From NCBI GenBank assembly GCA_964016885.1, contig OZ024742.1, forward strand, positions 282,162,001 to 282,226,000: a stretch of 64,000 nucleotides of DNA, written 5' to 3'. Below are positions 45,432 through 58,995 of this stretch, piece by piece; within the stretch, counting starts at the first letter, position 1; every line of letters starts with the position of its first letter. This DNA comes from Eledone cirrhosa. Its lineage: Eukaryota. The notes under the pieces were generated by a model. The model made no database searches. It had not been told where the DNA came from and saw only the letters and a list, made by a program, of their open reading frames with translations. Position numbers and translations under genes: made by a program.

Positions 45432-45744
45432 AAGAGAAGGAGAGAGAGAGACACAGAGAGATGGAAGAGGAAAAGAGAATTTGAGAGAAAAATTGAGGGA
45501 GTGAGAGAACAGTATTTTGTAGTTCTCGTCTTCTAAACTTCACTGACAAGGCATCTTTTAACCCAAGGTGCCACCAGAACTGAACCCCGAATAACCTGGT
45601 TGCAAAGCGATATCCTTAACCACATAACCGTGGCTGCTCCTACGCTCACCCACTGCTATATTATTGTATAGAATTCATTATAGAGTAAGCCGTAACTAAT
45701 AGCTGACCAACTAACACTACCAATAAAAATGTAACGGTTTCTAA

Positions 45745-46050
45745 TTCAGGGACAAAGCCAGCAAACCAGGTGCAGTCTGCGATTAACTCAGGCTCTGCTG
45801 CACTTCTGGCTGAAGAGTGTAAACTCTGCAAATATCGGTCGCTCTCCGACAGGTTTGGGGTCGAGCGCGTAGCAGTGGAGACTTCTGGTGTTCTTGACAC
45901 TAGGGCGACCTACCTACACACTACCATCGGCACAGACTTGGCTACCTGCAGGTGTGAGCTTCGCGAGCTGCAATGGTTCTTCCAGCGCATCTTCTTCACA
46001 ATCCTTTGGGAAAATGCCTTCTTAATTCTGTCTCTCGGGGCCGTGGGGCG
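45745..46050 (+). pseudogene. CRE-like non-LTR retrotransposon C-terminal restriction-like endonuclease fragment
   Basis: GSAA..AE..K..KY..L......VAVETSG....A......IG......RE..WFFQRI......NA..IL. Confidence 0.65.
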
Positions 46051-47807
46051 GCTAGCGCGTGGATCCCCATTTGCACATAATAGTGACAGTTGTGGAGAGC
46101 GGGAGATACCGAGGCAGCGACAGTGGGAGTTTGGTTCCTTTGTGTTCGGACCTAGTGTTTATGTATATATTTTTTAACGCACCACACATACATTAATAGT
46201 TAATACAGTATTGTTTTAATTTATTATACATTTTCTGACTCTTACTAACTCGCCTTTATGATCTAGTGGTTAGAATATTGGGCGCGTGATTGTTATGCCG
46301 TGGATTCGATTCCGATACATGGTGGCATGTGTTGTTCTTGAACAAAACACTTCATTACATTCCACCTCAGTCAACTGAGCTGAAAATATGTACCAGCATA
46401 GTATGGGAGTATCAACTTTGCGAAGAACTGACGTCCTGTCCAGGGTGTTGTTGTCTTCTCAATAGCTTAACCTAATAAAACTGGGATAATGTCCTTGCTA
46501 AATGAATCTCATGTTTTAGGACAGATTTTATCTTGTTTAATTACTAGTAATTAATAATTTTGTTTATGGAATATATCATGTAAATGCAGTTTAATAGAAA
46601 AAGAAAAAAAAAGAAAATTTAGATTGAGAAGGATGGAATGTAAAATAGGAAAATATAAAGGAAAAAGAGAAAAAGAAAGAAAAAAACGGGAAGGGAGGAA
46701 ATGGCAAGAACTCTAGTGTCACAGAAGAATGGGAAGGGGGAAAGGGAAAGGACGATTGGGCTCTGGGCGTAGGGCGCGGCGTAGATGCTGTGCCCTGCAG
46801 CCTGTTCAACACTATTCCTTGTAACGTGGAAATGGTGGTATTTGGTAAACGTTGCCGTTATATTTTTACGTGACAAACCTTCGGTATAAATATACCCGGT
46901 ATCTAGTTACTTTACTTTTTTGTAAACCTATACGTGTTATGATTTCTTCTGTTCTCTTTTCCAATCTCAGTGAAAGATTTACCAGAAGTGTTAAGGCGTC
47001 AAAATGCTGTGTGCTATATATTTCGGTTTCTTGCTTTCTGATTTCAAATACACCCGACGTTAACTTTACCTTCGAGCGCCTTTAGCATAGTCCTCCTAGT
47101 TGAAATTATTTGAGCCAAGTCTTCATTTATTTACGACAAACCTGAGACGAAGGGAGGCACTCGCAGTCAGGCGGTTTATCATAATCAGGTGTAATCACTT
47201 CCTATTTCCTTAAGATTCTCTGAGAATCTCAAATTACCAAAGACCTCTGCATGTCGATTGACTGGTTGGTAAAGTTTCGAGTGACTTGGGAAATATTACG
47301 TTCTAAGTTGCCGGGTCCCAAAACAATCTTTATGGACGTTGATTGACACATCGCTATCAATTTTCGTTTACTGTGAAAGTTACTTCCGCTTCACAAAATT
47401 TCGGATGACCTCCCACCTGTAAAGGAGTATAGAAATACTATCTACATAGGTATTTATTTCACCGTCGACCTCAACAGACTGTGAAGTTTTCTAAAAGGTC
47501 ATGGGCACTCACTTCACGATTTCTCCTTTTCCGATTAATACACAAGTGTATATATATGTGTCCGCGGATATAGGAAAATATTTGAGCGTAAGGCTATTAA
47601 ATATCCAACGTGTAAAGTATATTTTGACAGGAAAATTTGTGGCTTCATTTCATATGGAAGTTGCCTTGTACGACGACATTCCGAGTAAATGTTTTAAATG
47701 CCAGTACAGAACAGTTCTTTTAAATTAAACCAAACAATTGATACTGTTTTTTCTCCAGGTACTTCGGAAATCCATCCAAATTTATATCACGTTAAGATAT
47801 GTACAAT

Positions 47808-48015
47808 GATTTCTAGTATAGGCACAAGGCCAGTAATTTGGGGAGAGGGGGAAAGTCGATTAAATCGACCCCAGTACGTGCTTTATTTTATCGACCTCGT
47901 AAGGATGAAAGGCAAAGTTAACCTCGGCAGGATTTGAACTCAGACTGTAAAGGACCATAACTCTATACTGCAAAGCATGGTGTCCGATTCTACCGATACT
48001 GCCAATCCACCGCCC
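47808..48015 (-). mobile_element. tRNA-derived SINE, family 1
   Basis: Full-length match to the family consensus seen elsewhere in the window. Confidence 0.8.
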
Positions 48016-49187
48016 TTGAAGGTTAAATGTGGTTTTATGAAGATATGTATAATGAAATATATTCATAAACACACATTTAACCTAGCTTCAAAATCTCCCC
48101 ACTGAATATGGCAATAAGCCTGACCGAAAATGAAGTTAATTTTCCATCTTCACTTCGCATAGAAATAGAAACTGCCATACAATATATTGGGTAACAGATT
48201 TTTCAATTGTTTGTCCAATAACAAAAAAAATTATTCACGGAATATAAAAATGTACACATTTACATATATACACACAAATAAACAAAATTACATAATGCGG
48301 GTATATCTCTTTGTATATTCTGTATAAATTATTATCAATCTTATTGTATTTCACAAACAGATTTACACATGGAGATTACTAGGAATGCATGCGCGCACAC
48401 ACACACACACACATATATATATGTGGTTGTGTGTGTGTATATACTTATAAATATATGTGTGCGCGTATCTACGTTTATAAATGCATATGCAATGAATCAT
48501 GTATTACTAATTAAAATAATGAGAATTCAACATCGATACCAATATACATATATGCATATTTACATACATGTTTGCACACAAACAAGCATACATACATACA
48601 AACATATATACATACATACAAACATACATACATACAAACGTACATACAAACATACATACATACAAACAAACATACATGCATACATACATACACACATACT
48701 TACATACATACATCTAGACATACATTCATACATACAAGCATACATACATACATACATACACACATACATACATAGTAAACGTTACTGTATGTTCAATATC
48801 AGTTAGAGAGTATACATGGCAGGATGTTGGGAGAGGCGAGAATGAGGTAATGACGTCGTGGAGATTCAGTATGAATGACGATTCCATGTTTCACATTTTT
48901 TCCTTTATTTTTAGGGTCGATAGGAGGTATGTTATTTATTCTATATTACTTTTATTCCTTTTTTTTTTTTTTTTTGCTGATATTTTCCTATGTTCTTCTT
49001 GGAAAGCCAAATACCAGAAAGTTCTTATCTCACAGTCCCAGATCGAAGTTTTCAATCCCATAGATCCATTAGTAATCGAAAAAAAAAGCTGTGTGAAATC
49101 CCAATACAGAGGCCACAGAGCAGAACGCTGCTATCCAGCATAAGGCTTTCATTCTTTATTTTCTCCCACTTCCTATGCTCCGTCCTA

Positions 49188-49250
<63 letters not shown>

Positions 49251-49782
49251 TCTCTCTCTCTCTCTCACTCTCTTCCCCCTCTCTATCCATCTATCCATAT
49301 ATCACTATTAATCTTTCCTTTTCTATGCACATAGCGCCATCTTGCCGCGTCACTTTGTTATTTTCAATATATTTTCATACAATGGTGCTCGCGCACAAAC
49401 ACAAACATACACACAATCACATATAGTGAAGCATACACACAAACACATATAGTCAAGCATACACACGAACACATATAGTCAAGCTTACACACGAACACAT
49501 ATAGTCAAGCTTACACACGAACACACATACTCAAGCTTACAACACTCAAGCAGAGGCATAAATACACACATATAGACAGACACATAAGCACAGATATACA
49601 CATATGTAGACAAATGACACACACAAAGTAAAGCTATGTCTGAATGTGTGTGAAGGTGTGTGTGTGTGTGTGTGTGGGTGGGTGTGTGTGTGTGCACGCA
49701 TATGTGTGTGTGTGTGCACGCATATGTGTGTGTGTGTGCACGCATATGTGTGTGTGTGTGCACGCATATGTGTGTACACAGC

Positions 49783-50480
49783 ATGGCTGAATGGTTAAAA
49801 AATTAATTTCGCAATCATGAGATCCGGCATTCGAACCCACTGCGTGGCATTTGGGGTATGTGCACTTTACAATAGTCTACAACAATCCGGCGGCGGCGAA
49901 TCGGCAGAGTGGTTAAATTGTCGGATATGGTAATCGTTCAGGCTTTCTGATCTCTCAGTTCAAATCCTGCCGAGGTCATCTTTGCCTTTCATCCTTTCGA
50001 GGTCGATAAAAAAAAAGTACCAGTCTAGTATTAAGTCGATTCTTCCTCTCTCTGAAAGAAATCTGCTGTACTCAGACCTGTATAGTGATGTGGTCCGCCA
50101 GGCTTAAAATGCCGAAGAAACGCCGTACGTCAATACGGCGCCCCTACGACTCTATCAGGAGTTACGGGACCCTACATACATACAATCAACCCAAATCTTG
50201 TGAGTGAAATTAGACAGATGAAAACTGTGCATATAGCCTTGTAATGTATTGCCTCACGCTCGGCTTAAACATTACGTTAAAGGTTCAGGTATCGCTGGAA
50301 TATTAAAATATTTAAGCCTTCAGTATTTAAACCGGCCGTATCCGGCCAGAATCCTCTTGTCTCTTTCTGTTCAAACCGGTGATAACTGGTCACTCATACT
50401 GATGTTAAGGATTTGTTCTCAAAATAAATATTATCAAAATCTCATCGATTCGATACTGTAAGATAAAGCCTTTACTGTGA
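49783..50480 (+). mobile_element. tRNA-derived SINE, family 2, interrupted by nested SINE family 1 and a (TACA)-tailed repeat
   Basis: A/B-box-like tggctgaatggttaa...ttcgaacccactgcgtggca. Continuation (aaatcttgtgagtgaaat...gaaaactgtg) resumes at ~50185. Related copies near 36070-36400 and 45545-45640 (-). Confidence 0.5.
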
Positions 50481-51596
50481 ACATACAATAGTAAATATAG
50501 AATAATGCAAATGCACGTGAGAAGACAACTACATTCAAGGATTAGAATTAGTAGAAGCTGAATCAGTCGATTAACAACCCTAAGAGGGAGAGTAAGTGAA
50601 GGAAGTTCGGCAGAACAACTCCTACCCATGGAAGTATTTATGAAAAGAAATAGAGAACTAATGGTCTAGCAATAAAGGAGGGGTTGACGTTTAGCTATAA
50701 AAACAGGGTCAACCGTGTTAGAAACTCAATTTCGGTTTTGATCAAGGAGAGAAAAAACACCAGCATCGTCCTAGATGTTACGTTAGCATGCCATGTAAGT
50801 GGGAAGAATGAATGTCTTGGAACCTATCCCACATTGCTTTGAATACCACAGGATCCTCACAGATTTCAAGATATAATATATCAGTGGCATGTATATTCTA
50901 TGCAACAAGTATATATATACAGTATATATATAATATATATATATATATATGTAAATATCTTTAAGTCGTTTGGAAGCCTCGACAATGCAAATGGGTAAAT
51001 CTCCGGGTAACAAGGTTCGGTCGTGGAGAGAGAGATGTAAGTGGGTGTACGTTGAGATGCGTGGTGTGTATAAGATGTGTGAGATGTGTAGAATGAAGGG
51101 AAGAGTATCCAGGATAAAAATAAAAATAACAACACAAGAGAGAGTTACCTTGGGAGAGATTTAATAGTCCCTATATATTTCGGATTCACATCCATCAACT
51201 GGGGTTTTTTTCCGGGGTGGGGGAAAAGGTTGTCTGTCGGACAAGTCCGGAACGCGTCTTTCGCTGTTTGTTGTTTTGAATATCTGAGGTATTCGGCAGA
51301 GCGCGCGTGCGCGTGAAATGGGGTCGGTCGTACAGAGGTCAGCGGCCGAATGAGGGAGTGGGATGGCGCTAGCTGTCAGTCCATTCTCTGCCTGTTTGTT
51401 AAATGTTACTGTGTGTGTGCGTGTGTTGTTGTCTCGCTTGAGTGTGTGTGTGTATGTGTTGTTGCCTTGTTCATCTGTATTGGCAGTGTAGTATGTTCGT
51501 ATGGTGGAATGCTACTGTGTGTGTTTGCATGTGTGTGTGTAGTTGTCTCGTTTGCGTGTGTGTGTGTGTGCGTGTGTTGTTGCATCGCTTGTTAAA

Positions 51597-52165
51597 TTAA
51601 ACCAGCCATTTCATTTCGCTTCTCTCTGATCGGTTGTTTATTTGCGGTTGCAGTCGTTTGATAAAAAGCGCTTCCTTGATACGTAACGTGCCGACGTTTC
51701 TTTCAGTCGCTAGAATTGTGACAATGGGCCTTCCGTCTTTGTTTCCGCATTTGTCTATGTGTTTCCGGAAAGACGAGGCCCTGGTTTTAGTGTGTTCCTT
51801 GATCCGGATGTGCAAAGGTCGAATTGTGCTACCTATGTAGTATTGGTTGCACCTGTCACATTCTATGTTATACACGACGTATGTGCGTAGGCAACAGTTA
51901 GCATGGCGTATCGGGCATTCTCTGATGGAGCATGCGTCAGTAGATTTTTCGGGTTTCCTGGAGAGGCATCTTCGCAGGGAGGGGGCCGAGTGGGCCAGGT
52001 GGATGTCGAGGCCCTCCCTCCGTATAGCCTTGCGGATAGCGTTGGTGGTTTTCTCGCCCAGGTGTGGCATTTTAAGGAAGCACTTGCCTTGGGTGCTTCT
52101 CTGTCTCTTGCGTCTGGTGTCTCCTATTCTGTCTGTGATCGAGGTAGTGTACCCGTTCGTCTCTC
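51597..52165 (-). pseudogene. PLE GIY-YIG endonuclease, open but 5'-truncated frame
   Basis: CPI....C....VVYNIECDRCNQYYIGSTIRPLHIRIKEH...LRIKEALFIKRLQPQIN. Confidence 0.9.
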
Positions 52166-52259
52166 TACCGAATACCTCAGATATTCAAAACAACAAACAG
52201 CGAAAGACGCGTTCCGGACTTGTCCGACAGACAACCTTTTCCCCCACCCCGGAAAAAAA

Positions 52260-52295
52260 CCCCAGTTGATGGATGTGAATCCGAAATATATAGGG
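52260..52295 (+). ncRNA. Hammerhead-like motif with non-canonical core CAGUUGA (mirror copy at 51169-51204 minus)
   Basis: CCC CAGTTGA T GGAT gtga ATCC GAAA TATA TA GGG. Confidence 0.5.
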
Positions 52296-52548
52296 ACTAT
52301 TAAATCTCTCCCAAGGTAACTCTCTCTTGTGTTGTTATTTTTATTTTTATCCTTTATACTCTTCCCTTCATTCTACACATCTCACACATCTTATACACAC
52401 CACGCATCTCAACGTACACCCACTTACATCTCTCTCTCCACCACCGGACCTTGTTACCCGGAGATTTACCCATTTGCATTGTCGAGGCTTCCAAACGACT
52501 TAAAGATATTTACTTATTGTTCCACAATGCTTCAAGCAAACTTCAATA

Positions 52549-52603
<55 letters not shown>

Positions 52604-53686
52604 AAAGGAAAAGAAAATGCTGACAAATTTTTCCCAGTGAAAAATAGTTTAATTAGGAATAAGTATAAATTAGTAATAAGTATTGGTTAGTATCCAGTTT
52701 TAGTTTTAAGTTTTTACCGGTTGCGCATTTCTAATACTTTTCAAAAATAATTTTAAGATAGAGCGCTCGTGATGTTTGCTAGAATATATATATAGGAGAA
52801 GAGAAGAGAGAAGGGAGGGTCGATGCAAAAGTGTGGAGGGAACACAGATCGATCAAATCAGGTAGGGTCACAGCGGTAAATACAAAAAGTTATGAAATGA
52901 AAGGAGCTGTGTGGTTACTAAAAACAAGGTTTTGGATGGTGGTTAGGACGGAACAGCAGGAGAAAGGAAGAAAGGAGTTTCCATCGTCAGCTGTAAATGT
53001 TTCCCGAACCGATGTTTCGGCGCTGAATTACAGGACATCGGTGTGGTTCGGGTGCGCCGGAGGCCTTTTATTAATAAAAAAACCAGGTGGAAAAGTAGAG
53101 AGAAAGAGAGAAAAAAAGGAGGGAGAAAAAGAAAGAGAGAGAAAGGAGGAAGAACAGGGGGGGAGGAAAGAGGAAGAAGGGGAAAAAATAAGAAAGGAAT
53201 AGAAGAAAAAAAGTGTACAGGTCCCATCGTGGGAAGACACAGGTGAAAGAAACATGGAAAAAAGTAACCGTGAAAAAATAGGGAAAGTAAGTTGTGGCCA
53301 ATCTGGGAGACTTTAGCCTGGTGGTCAGATACGACTCATATATATATATAGGGGTCCTTTCTCACTCACACCTCACCCACGTCAGACGGTCTGTATTTCT
53401 CTCTCGCCCATGAAATTCATCCAGCTTAAGCTGAATAGATATCATGTGCTTGTTTCTTCCTATCTTTCCGTTGCTATACCATTTTTGTTTGTTTACTTGT
53501 CTCGCTCGCTTTACGTGATATTACTTGTCCAAATAGCTTTATTTAGCTATTGCTCGCACCAACTGGAGGTATATGATTTTCAGAGCGATGAAATACCGAT
53601 GAGAGTTGGAAAATCACTGATGAAGGACTAATTTTTTTCATATGTAACCCATGTGCAACCACGCAGCACTCAATTCTTCTCATATT

Positions 53687-53730
<44 letters not shown>

Positions 53731-53734
<4 letters not shown>

Positions 53735-53925
53735 TAAAGAGTCAAGACCTCGCCGACTGAGCTCCGGCCGTTTTGACAGCTAGATCAGTTCGGATCTAAC
53801 TGTCGAAACGGCCGGAGCTCAGCCGTCGGGGTCCTGACTATTTTCCTATTACCCACTCTACTACCTAGGTATCGAGTACTCTGGTGTGTTATGGTACACC
53901 TGGTATTTTGCCGCATCTTCTTTGT
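53731..53925. mobile_element. Small fold-back element: ~55-bp inverted arms + ~75-bp tail in (TA)n
   Basis: ctgagctccggccgttttgacagctagatc agttcg gatctaactgtcgaaacggccggagctcag. Confidence 0.7.
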
Positions 53926-54032
<107 letters not shown>

Positions 54033-54069
54033 ATAAATATATATATTTATTTATGTATATGCATATATA

Positions 54070-54150
<81 letters not shown>

Positions 54151-54215
54151 AACGGAACCTGAACCGTTAAGGTCTGATTCCTGGGTATGTCACTATTTAT
54201 AAAACACATTTTGTA

Positions 54216-54272
54216 TTTTATCTGATGTGAGTGTACCAAAGTTTTCGTACCCTTGAAATATATATAATAGAA
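54216..54272 (+). ncRNA. Hammerhead-like motif (A9->U)
   Basis: TTTTAT CTGATGT GAGTGTAC caaagttttc GTACCCTT GAAA TATATA TA ATAGAA. A partial inverted copy of its 3' side lies at 54757-54825. Confidence 0.5.
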
Positions 54273-54369
54273 TAAATAGGGTTTTATAAATACTGTTTCC
54301 ATTTATTAATATCATTAATATATATATATATATATATATATGTTCATATATATAAATATATATATATAT

Positions 54370-54732
54370 ATTGTTATGCTTTGGGAGGGTCATGTTGCCA
54401 ATAAGAAACACACGCACCAGTTGCTTTCACTCCAATTTATTATAAATTAAATTTATAGGTTTAAGAATTTAGAAATTTCGGGTTGGTTGGTTCCACAACC
54501 GGACGGTTGTTCATATATTGTCAAAGTTCTTTCGTCACACATTCTGTGACCTCTTGAGTGACTGGGGATTCTTTTCTTTGTTTTTATGCCTCTCCTTTGT
54601 TCTGTCCTACGCCATCTGGTTTTTGTGTGTGTTGTATGCTTAGTTTGCGCATGTGTTACATCCGGTTTCAATATCGGTTTCAACACACGTTTTCAGATAA
54701 AGAATCTTGCTAAACAAATTCAGAAACGAAAT
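54370..54732 (-). mobile_element. Family C element with mutated HHR (54519-54562, core CUCAAGA) and inverted tail
   Basis: 54370-54615 matches 30100-30350; 54668-54732 is the reverse complement of 30040-30102. Confidence 0.8.
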
Positions 54733-54850
54733 ATATATATATATATATATATATATACGATATTAAATAAATGGAAACTATATTTATAAAACCATATTTA
54801 CTTCATTATATATATTTCAGGGATATCATAATAACAATATGTTATGCCTT

Positions 54851-54925
<75 letters not shown>

Positions 54926-55267
54926 CACAGCTAACACTTTCACTATGGTGGTAACAAAAGTGTTAATCCTGAGGCAAGACACACCATGCTACTTCATATA
55001 ATTAGCACAACATGTTTTAACACCATCAATAATGTGAATGTAATAGTGTTAATCCTTAGACAAGTTACCACTCTACCTTAAATGAATACATCATTGTATT
55101 GAAACACCGCTAATAGTATGTTACGTAAAGTGTAAAAGTTAACACACGGGCTGAGAATATATATCATATATTTAACACCATTAGCATTATGGTAACTAAA
55201 TTGTTAAAACATAGACACGAGAACATTTGTCTAGATATAAATACACTAACATATCTAACACTTATTA

Positions 55268-55885
55268 CTTGTCGGTGTATTGGTAGTATCGGTAGAGAGT
55301 AGGACGCCATGCTTTGCAGCAAAGACTTACGGCCCTTTATGGTCTCAGTTCAAATTCCGCCGAGGTTAACTTTGCCTTTCATCCTTTCGGGGTCGATAAC
55401 ATAAAGTACCAGTAATGCACTGGTTTAATTTCTGGCCTTGTGCCAAAAGTAGAAACAATTATTACTTGTCGGTCGATCGGCAGAATCAGTAGAGCGTTGG
55501 GCAACATGCTTAGTGGCATAGAATTATGGCCCTTTACGTTCCATGTTCAAATCCCGCCGAGGATAGCTTTACTTTACGGGGTCGATAAAATAAAGTACCA
55601 GTAATGCACTGGGGTCTATTTAATTGACTTTCCCTCTTCCCCTAAAGTTGTTGTCCTTGTGCTTAAAACAGAAACCATTATTACATTTCATGGCAGTGGA
55701 TTGGCAGTAGCGTTAAGGGTCGGACACCATGCTTTGACGCATAGAGTTACGGCTCTTGCCATTCTGAGTTCAAATCCCGCCGAGGTTAACGTTGCCTTTC
55801 ATCCTTACGGGGTGGATAAAATAAAGTACCAGTAATGCACTGGGGTAATTGCTGGCCTTGTGCCAAAAGTAGAAACAATTATTAC
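55268..55885 (+). mobile_element. Three head-to-tail tRNA-SINE family 1 copies (~55268-55465, 55468-55685, 55692-55885)
   Basis: Each has gttcaaat(t/c)ccgccgagg...aaagtaccagtaatgcactgg...gaaac(a/c)attatt. Confidence 0.85.
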
Positions 55886-56059
55886 ATTTCATGGGCAAGT
55901 ACGTGCTGTTATAGTTGACAAGTGTATACCCGTATACACACGCACACGCACACATTCATACATACATACACACATACACATGAACATACATACAGGCAGT
56001 CAGACATAGAGGCAGACAGACAAACAAACAGAGGCAGACATGAACATACATACATACAT

Positions 56060-56272
56060 GCCCGCTTGGACCAAAGTATAACTGAACTTGTATTCGTGGA
56101 CAAAGAGCGCTGCTCCCTAATTAATAGACTACAAATGACTGTGATAGCTGGTACCTTCAAAATTTGCAAAATATTCTTGCGATTCAAGGGATGACAATTT
56201 CTCTTGTTTTACAACCTTGCCACCAGGAAGGTGGCCGGTCAAAACTTTACTCGAAATTAAGAGAAAGAGAAA
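56060..56272 (+). mobile_element. R4/Dong-like LINE 3' fragment (second subfamily) flanked by (CATA)n
   Basis: ELVFVDKERCSLINRLQMTVIAGTFKICKIFL* aligns with KLVFTGTERTELVRKLHVQSINGTVKICKTFQ at the end of ORF 57632-58426. Confidence 0.7.
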
Positions 56273-56302
56273 CATACATACATACATACATAATACATAC
56301 AT

Positions 56303-58426
56303 TGGCAAAAAACTACCGACCCATTGCATGCCAGAACCTGATGTATAAGATGTATACAGCCTGCCTGAACCTATTCCTCCAAGATCACTGTGAAAATAAT
56401 AACATCATCACAGATGAACAAGCAGCTGGAAAGAACGGGGTTTGGGGATGTGCTGAACAACTCCTAATCAACAAAACTGCGATGTCGGAGGTGCGACAAC
56501 TTAGGAGGAATATGAATACAGTCTGGCTGGACTACAGGAAAGCTTTCGATTCTGTTCCCCACTCTTGGATAATAGAGGCCCTCCAACTTACTAAAGTCCC
56601 AGACATTATTGTCAGAGGCATAGAGAGGCTGTCTTCTTCTTGGGCTACTATCCTAAGGTTAAAGACAGAGTGGGAGGACTCTATTTTCACTGATAAAATA
56701 AAATATTGCAGGGGTATATTTCAGGGGGACAGTCTCTCTGTGATATTATTCATCTTGTCATTAAACCTCTTGTCCTTTCTCCTCAAGAAATGTGAGAGAT
56801 ACATCATTGGCTCACAGGAGGACAGAAATACGAACCTAACCCATAATTTCTTTGTGGACGATCTGAAACCCTATGCCAAGGACATTGATGGGATGAAGAA
56901 AAATCTTGACCTGGTTACAACGTTCTCAAAGGATATAGGAATGGAGTTTGGCCAAGATAAATGCTCATACATGACTGTAAAGCGGGGAAAAACAACAACC
57001 CAATCTAGCAACATTGTCATCAATGGTCTAACTGTTTCACCGATATCTGATGAGGACTGCTACAGATACCTGGGGATAGATGAGAACATATCCTATAATG
57101 GTATCTGTAAAGAACGCGATAAAGAACGCGTATCCAGGGAATACTACACCCGATTAAGAAAGATCTAGTCATCGGAACTCTCTGCGCAAAACAAAACAGT
57201 GTCTCATAATGTGTTTGCTGTGCCTGTCCTAACACCAACGTTTGGAATACTCAATTGGACGATAGACGAAATCCGAGCAGTTGATGTTGGAACTCGAAAA
57301 ATACTGAACAACACCGGAAACTTCCACATCAACAGTGACATAGACCGCCTTTACTTAAAACGTAAGCAGGGAGGCAGGGGCCTAAGATCAGTCCAGGCAA
57401 CATTTGAATGTCGCATTGTATCTCTCCGACAGCATCTACGAACCTCGAAGCGTAGGAGCCCGTTTCTCGAGCAAGTATATCTGCATGAAACAGAAAAGAT
57501 CATGAGAGTTGGGAAGGAACTCCTTGAGAGATATTCCGTGTGATAATCAAAAACTCACACCCAGGGATGTCGCTCAGCAGAAACGCAGTGAATCCATGGA
57601 TTAAAAACTGCATGCCTATCAGCAAAAAATCATGCATGGATATGTTGCCAGGAAGCTCCAGAGTAAGAGTAATATAGATAAAGAAAGTAGTCTATCTTGG
57701 ACCAACAACCGCTATATTGGCTCCCACTTTGAAGGATACGCTTTTGCAATCCAGGAACAGGAGATTAGCACGAAATACCTGATTCACAAAAGAGATAGGG
57801 ATGCAGACAAAACACCTAGATGTGATAAAAAGTGCAGACTCTACAGAACTAACAGCGAGGATATCACCCATGTCATCAGCAGCTGTCCAAAGATGTCATC
57901 GCTGTACTATCTACCTGTGAGGCATGATGTAGTGGCCAAAATACTGTACAATGCAGTTCGTCAAAAAGATAGCCCCGATAATAAACACATTAGAAGCTAC
58001 AACAATGTGGAAGACATCCATGTACATAATATGAAAGAGTACTGGTGGAATGTTCCAGTAAAAACCCCAATAAAATGCAGGCATAACAGACCAGATATTA
58101 TGATATGGGATAGGGAGAAGAAAACATGCACAGTAGTGGAAATTAGCTGCCCAGCAGATGCCAATATAATATCAAAGATTAGTGAAAAGGAGAATATTTA
58201 TGCAGAACTGATGAGAAATCTGCAGATACTCCACCCTGATTACACCTTCAGATTTATGCCTGTGATTATTAGGGCACTGGGATATGTTAGTAACTGCCTC
58301 AATACAAATCTTGAGAAGCTAGTCTTCACAGGAACAGAAAGAACAGAACTAGTTAGGAAATTACATGTACAATCCATTAATGGAACAGTAAAAATATGTA
58401 AAACATTCCAAATATTGTGCATCTAA
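56303..58426 (+). pseudogene. R4/Dong-clade non-LTR retrotransposon: RT + CCHC-type zinc knuckle + restriction-like endonuclease, 5'-truncated
   Basis: NYRPIAC, WLDYRKAFDSVPH, GIFQGDSLS, FFVDDLK, YRYLG, RKQGGRGL, CRL....EDITHVISSC, RHD, NRPDI, VEISCP. Stops at 57166-57168 and 57541-57543, then a frameshift. 3' UTR runs to ~58657, then (CATA)n. Confidence 0.9.
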
Positions 58427-58675
58427 TAACTGCATATACACATGTACAGATACAAAGCATATACATATGCACACATACAACTCAAAACATACACATCCAC
58501 ACATGCAATAACATCCATATCTACACATGCATGCATACATACATATCTACCTAGTTGATGTTGTGTAAATTCCAATGAGAGAGTCTTGTGTCTATGTTAC
58601 AAACCGACTCTCTCTCTCTATTGGTAAAACTTTGTGAAATTATAAAACCAGAAGAACATACATACATTTAAACAC

Positions 58676-58995
58676 AACTAGTTAGGAAATGACAAGTACA
58701 ATCCATTAATGGATCAGTAAAAATATGTAAAACATTGCAAAAATGTTGCATCTAATAAATGCATATACACATGTACAGATATAAAGCATATACACATGCA
58801 CACATACAATTCAAAACATACACATCCACACATACAATAACATCCATATCTACACATGCAGACCTGCATACATAATCTACCTAGTTGATGTTGTGTAAAT
58901 TCCAATGAGAAAGTCTTGTGTCTATGTTAGAAACCGACTCTCTCTCTCTATTGGGAACAAATTTGTGAAATTATAAAACCAGAAGAACATACATA
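58676..58995 (+). mobile_element. Second 3'-end copy of the R4-like LINE (repeat of 58347-58665)
   Basis: aactagttaggaaat...ataaaaccagaagaacatacata repeated with scattered substitutions. Confidence 0.85.

Larger units (their letters stand above)
50951..52553 (-). mobile_element. 5'-truncated PLE with ~350-bp inverted pseudo-LTRs (50951-51301 / 52162-52513) and 40-bp tail, in (TA)n
   Basis: Near-identical inverted arms flank a GIY-YIG ORF. Tail ttattgttccacaatgcttcaagcaaacttcaatactctc resembles the tail at 22275-22317. Confidence 0.9.

Noticed and set aside
52980-53065. CUGACGA and GAAAC motifs near a hairpin on the minus strand as an HHR
   Set aside because: Could not assemble three consistent helices in any HHR topology.
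55268-55885. tRNA genes at the SINE heads
   Set aside because: A/B-box-like motifs are present but there is no complete cloverleaf, and each is followed by SINE body and tail.
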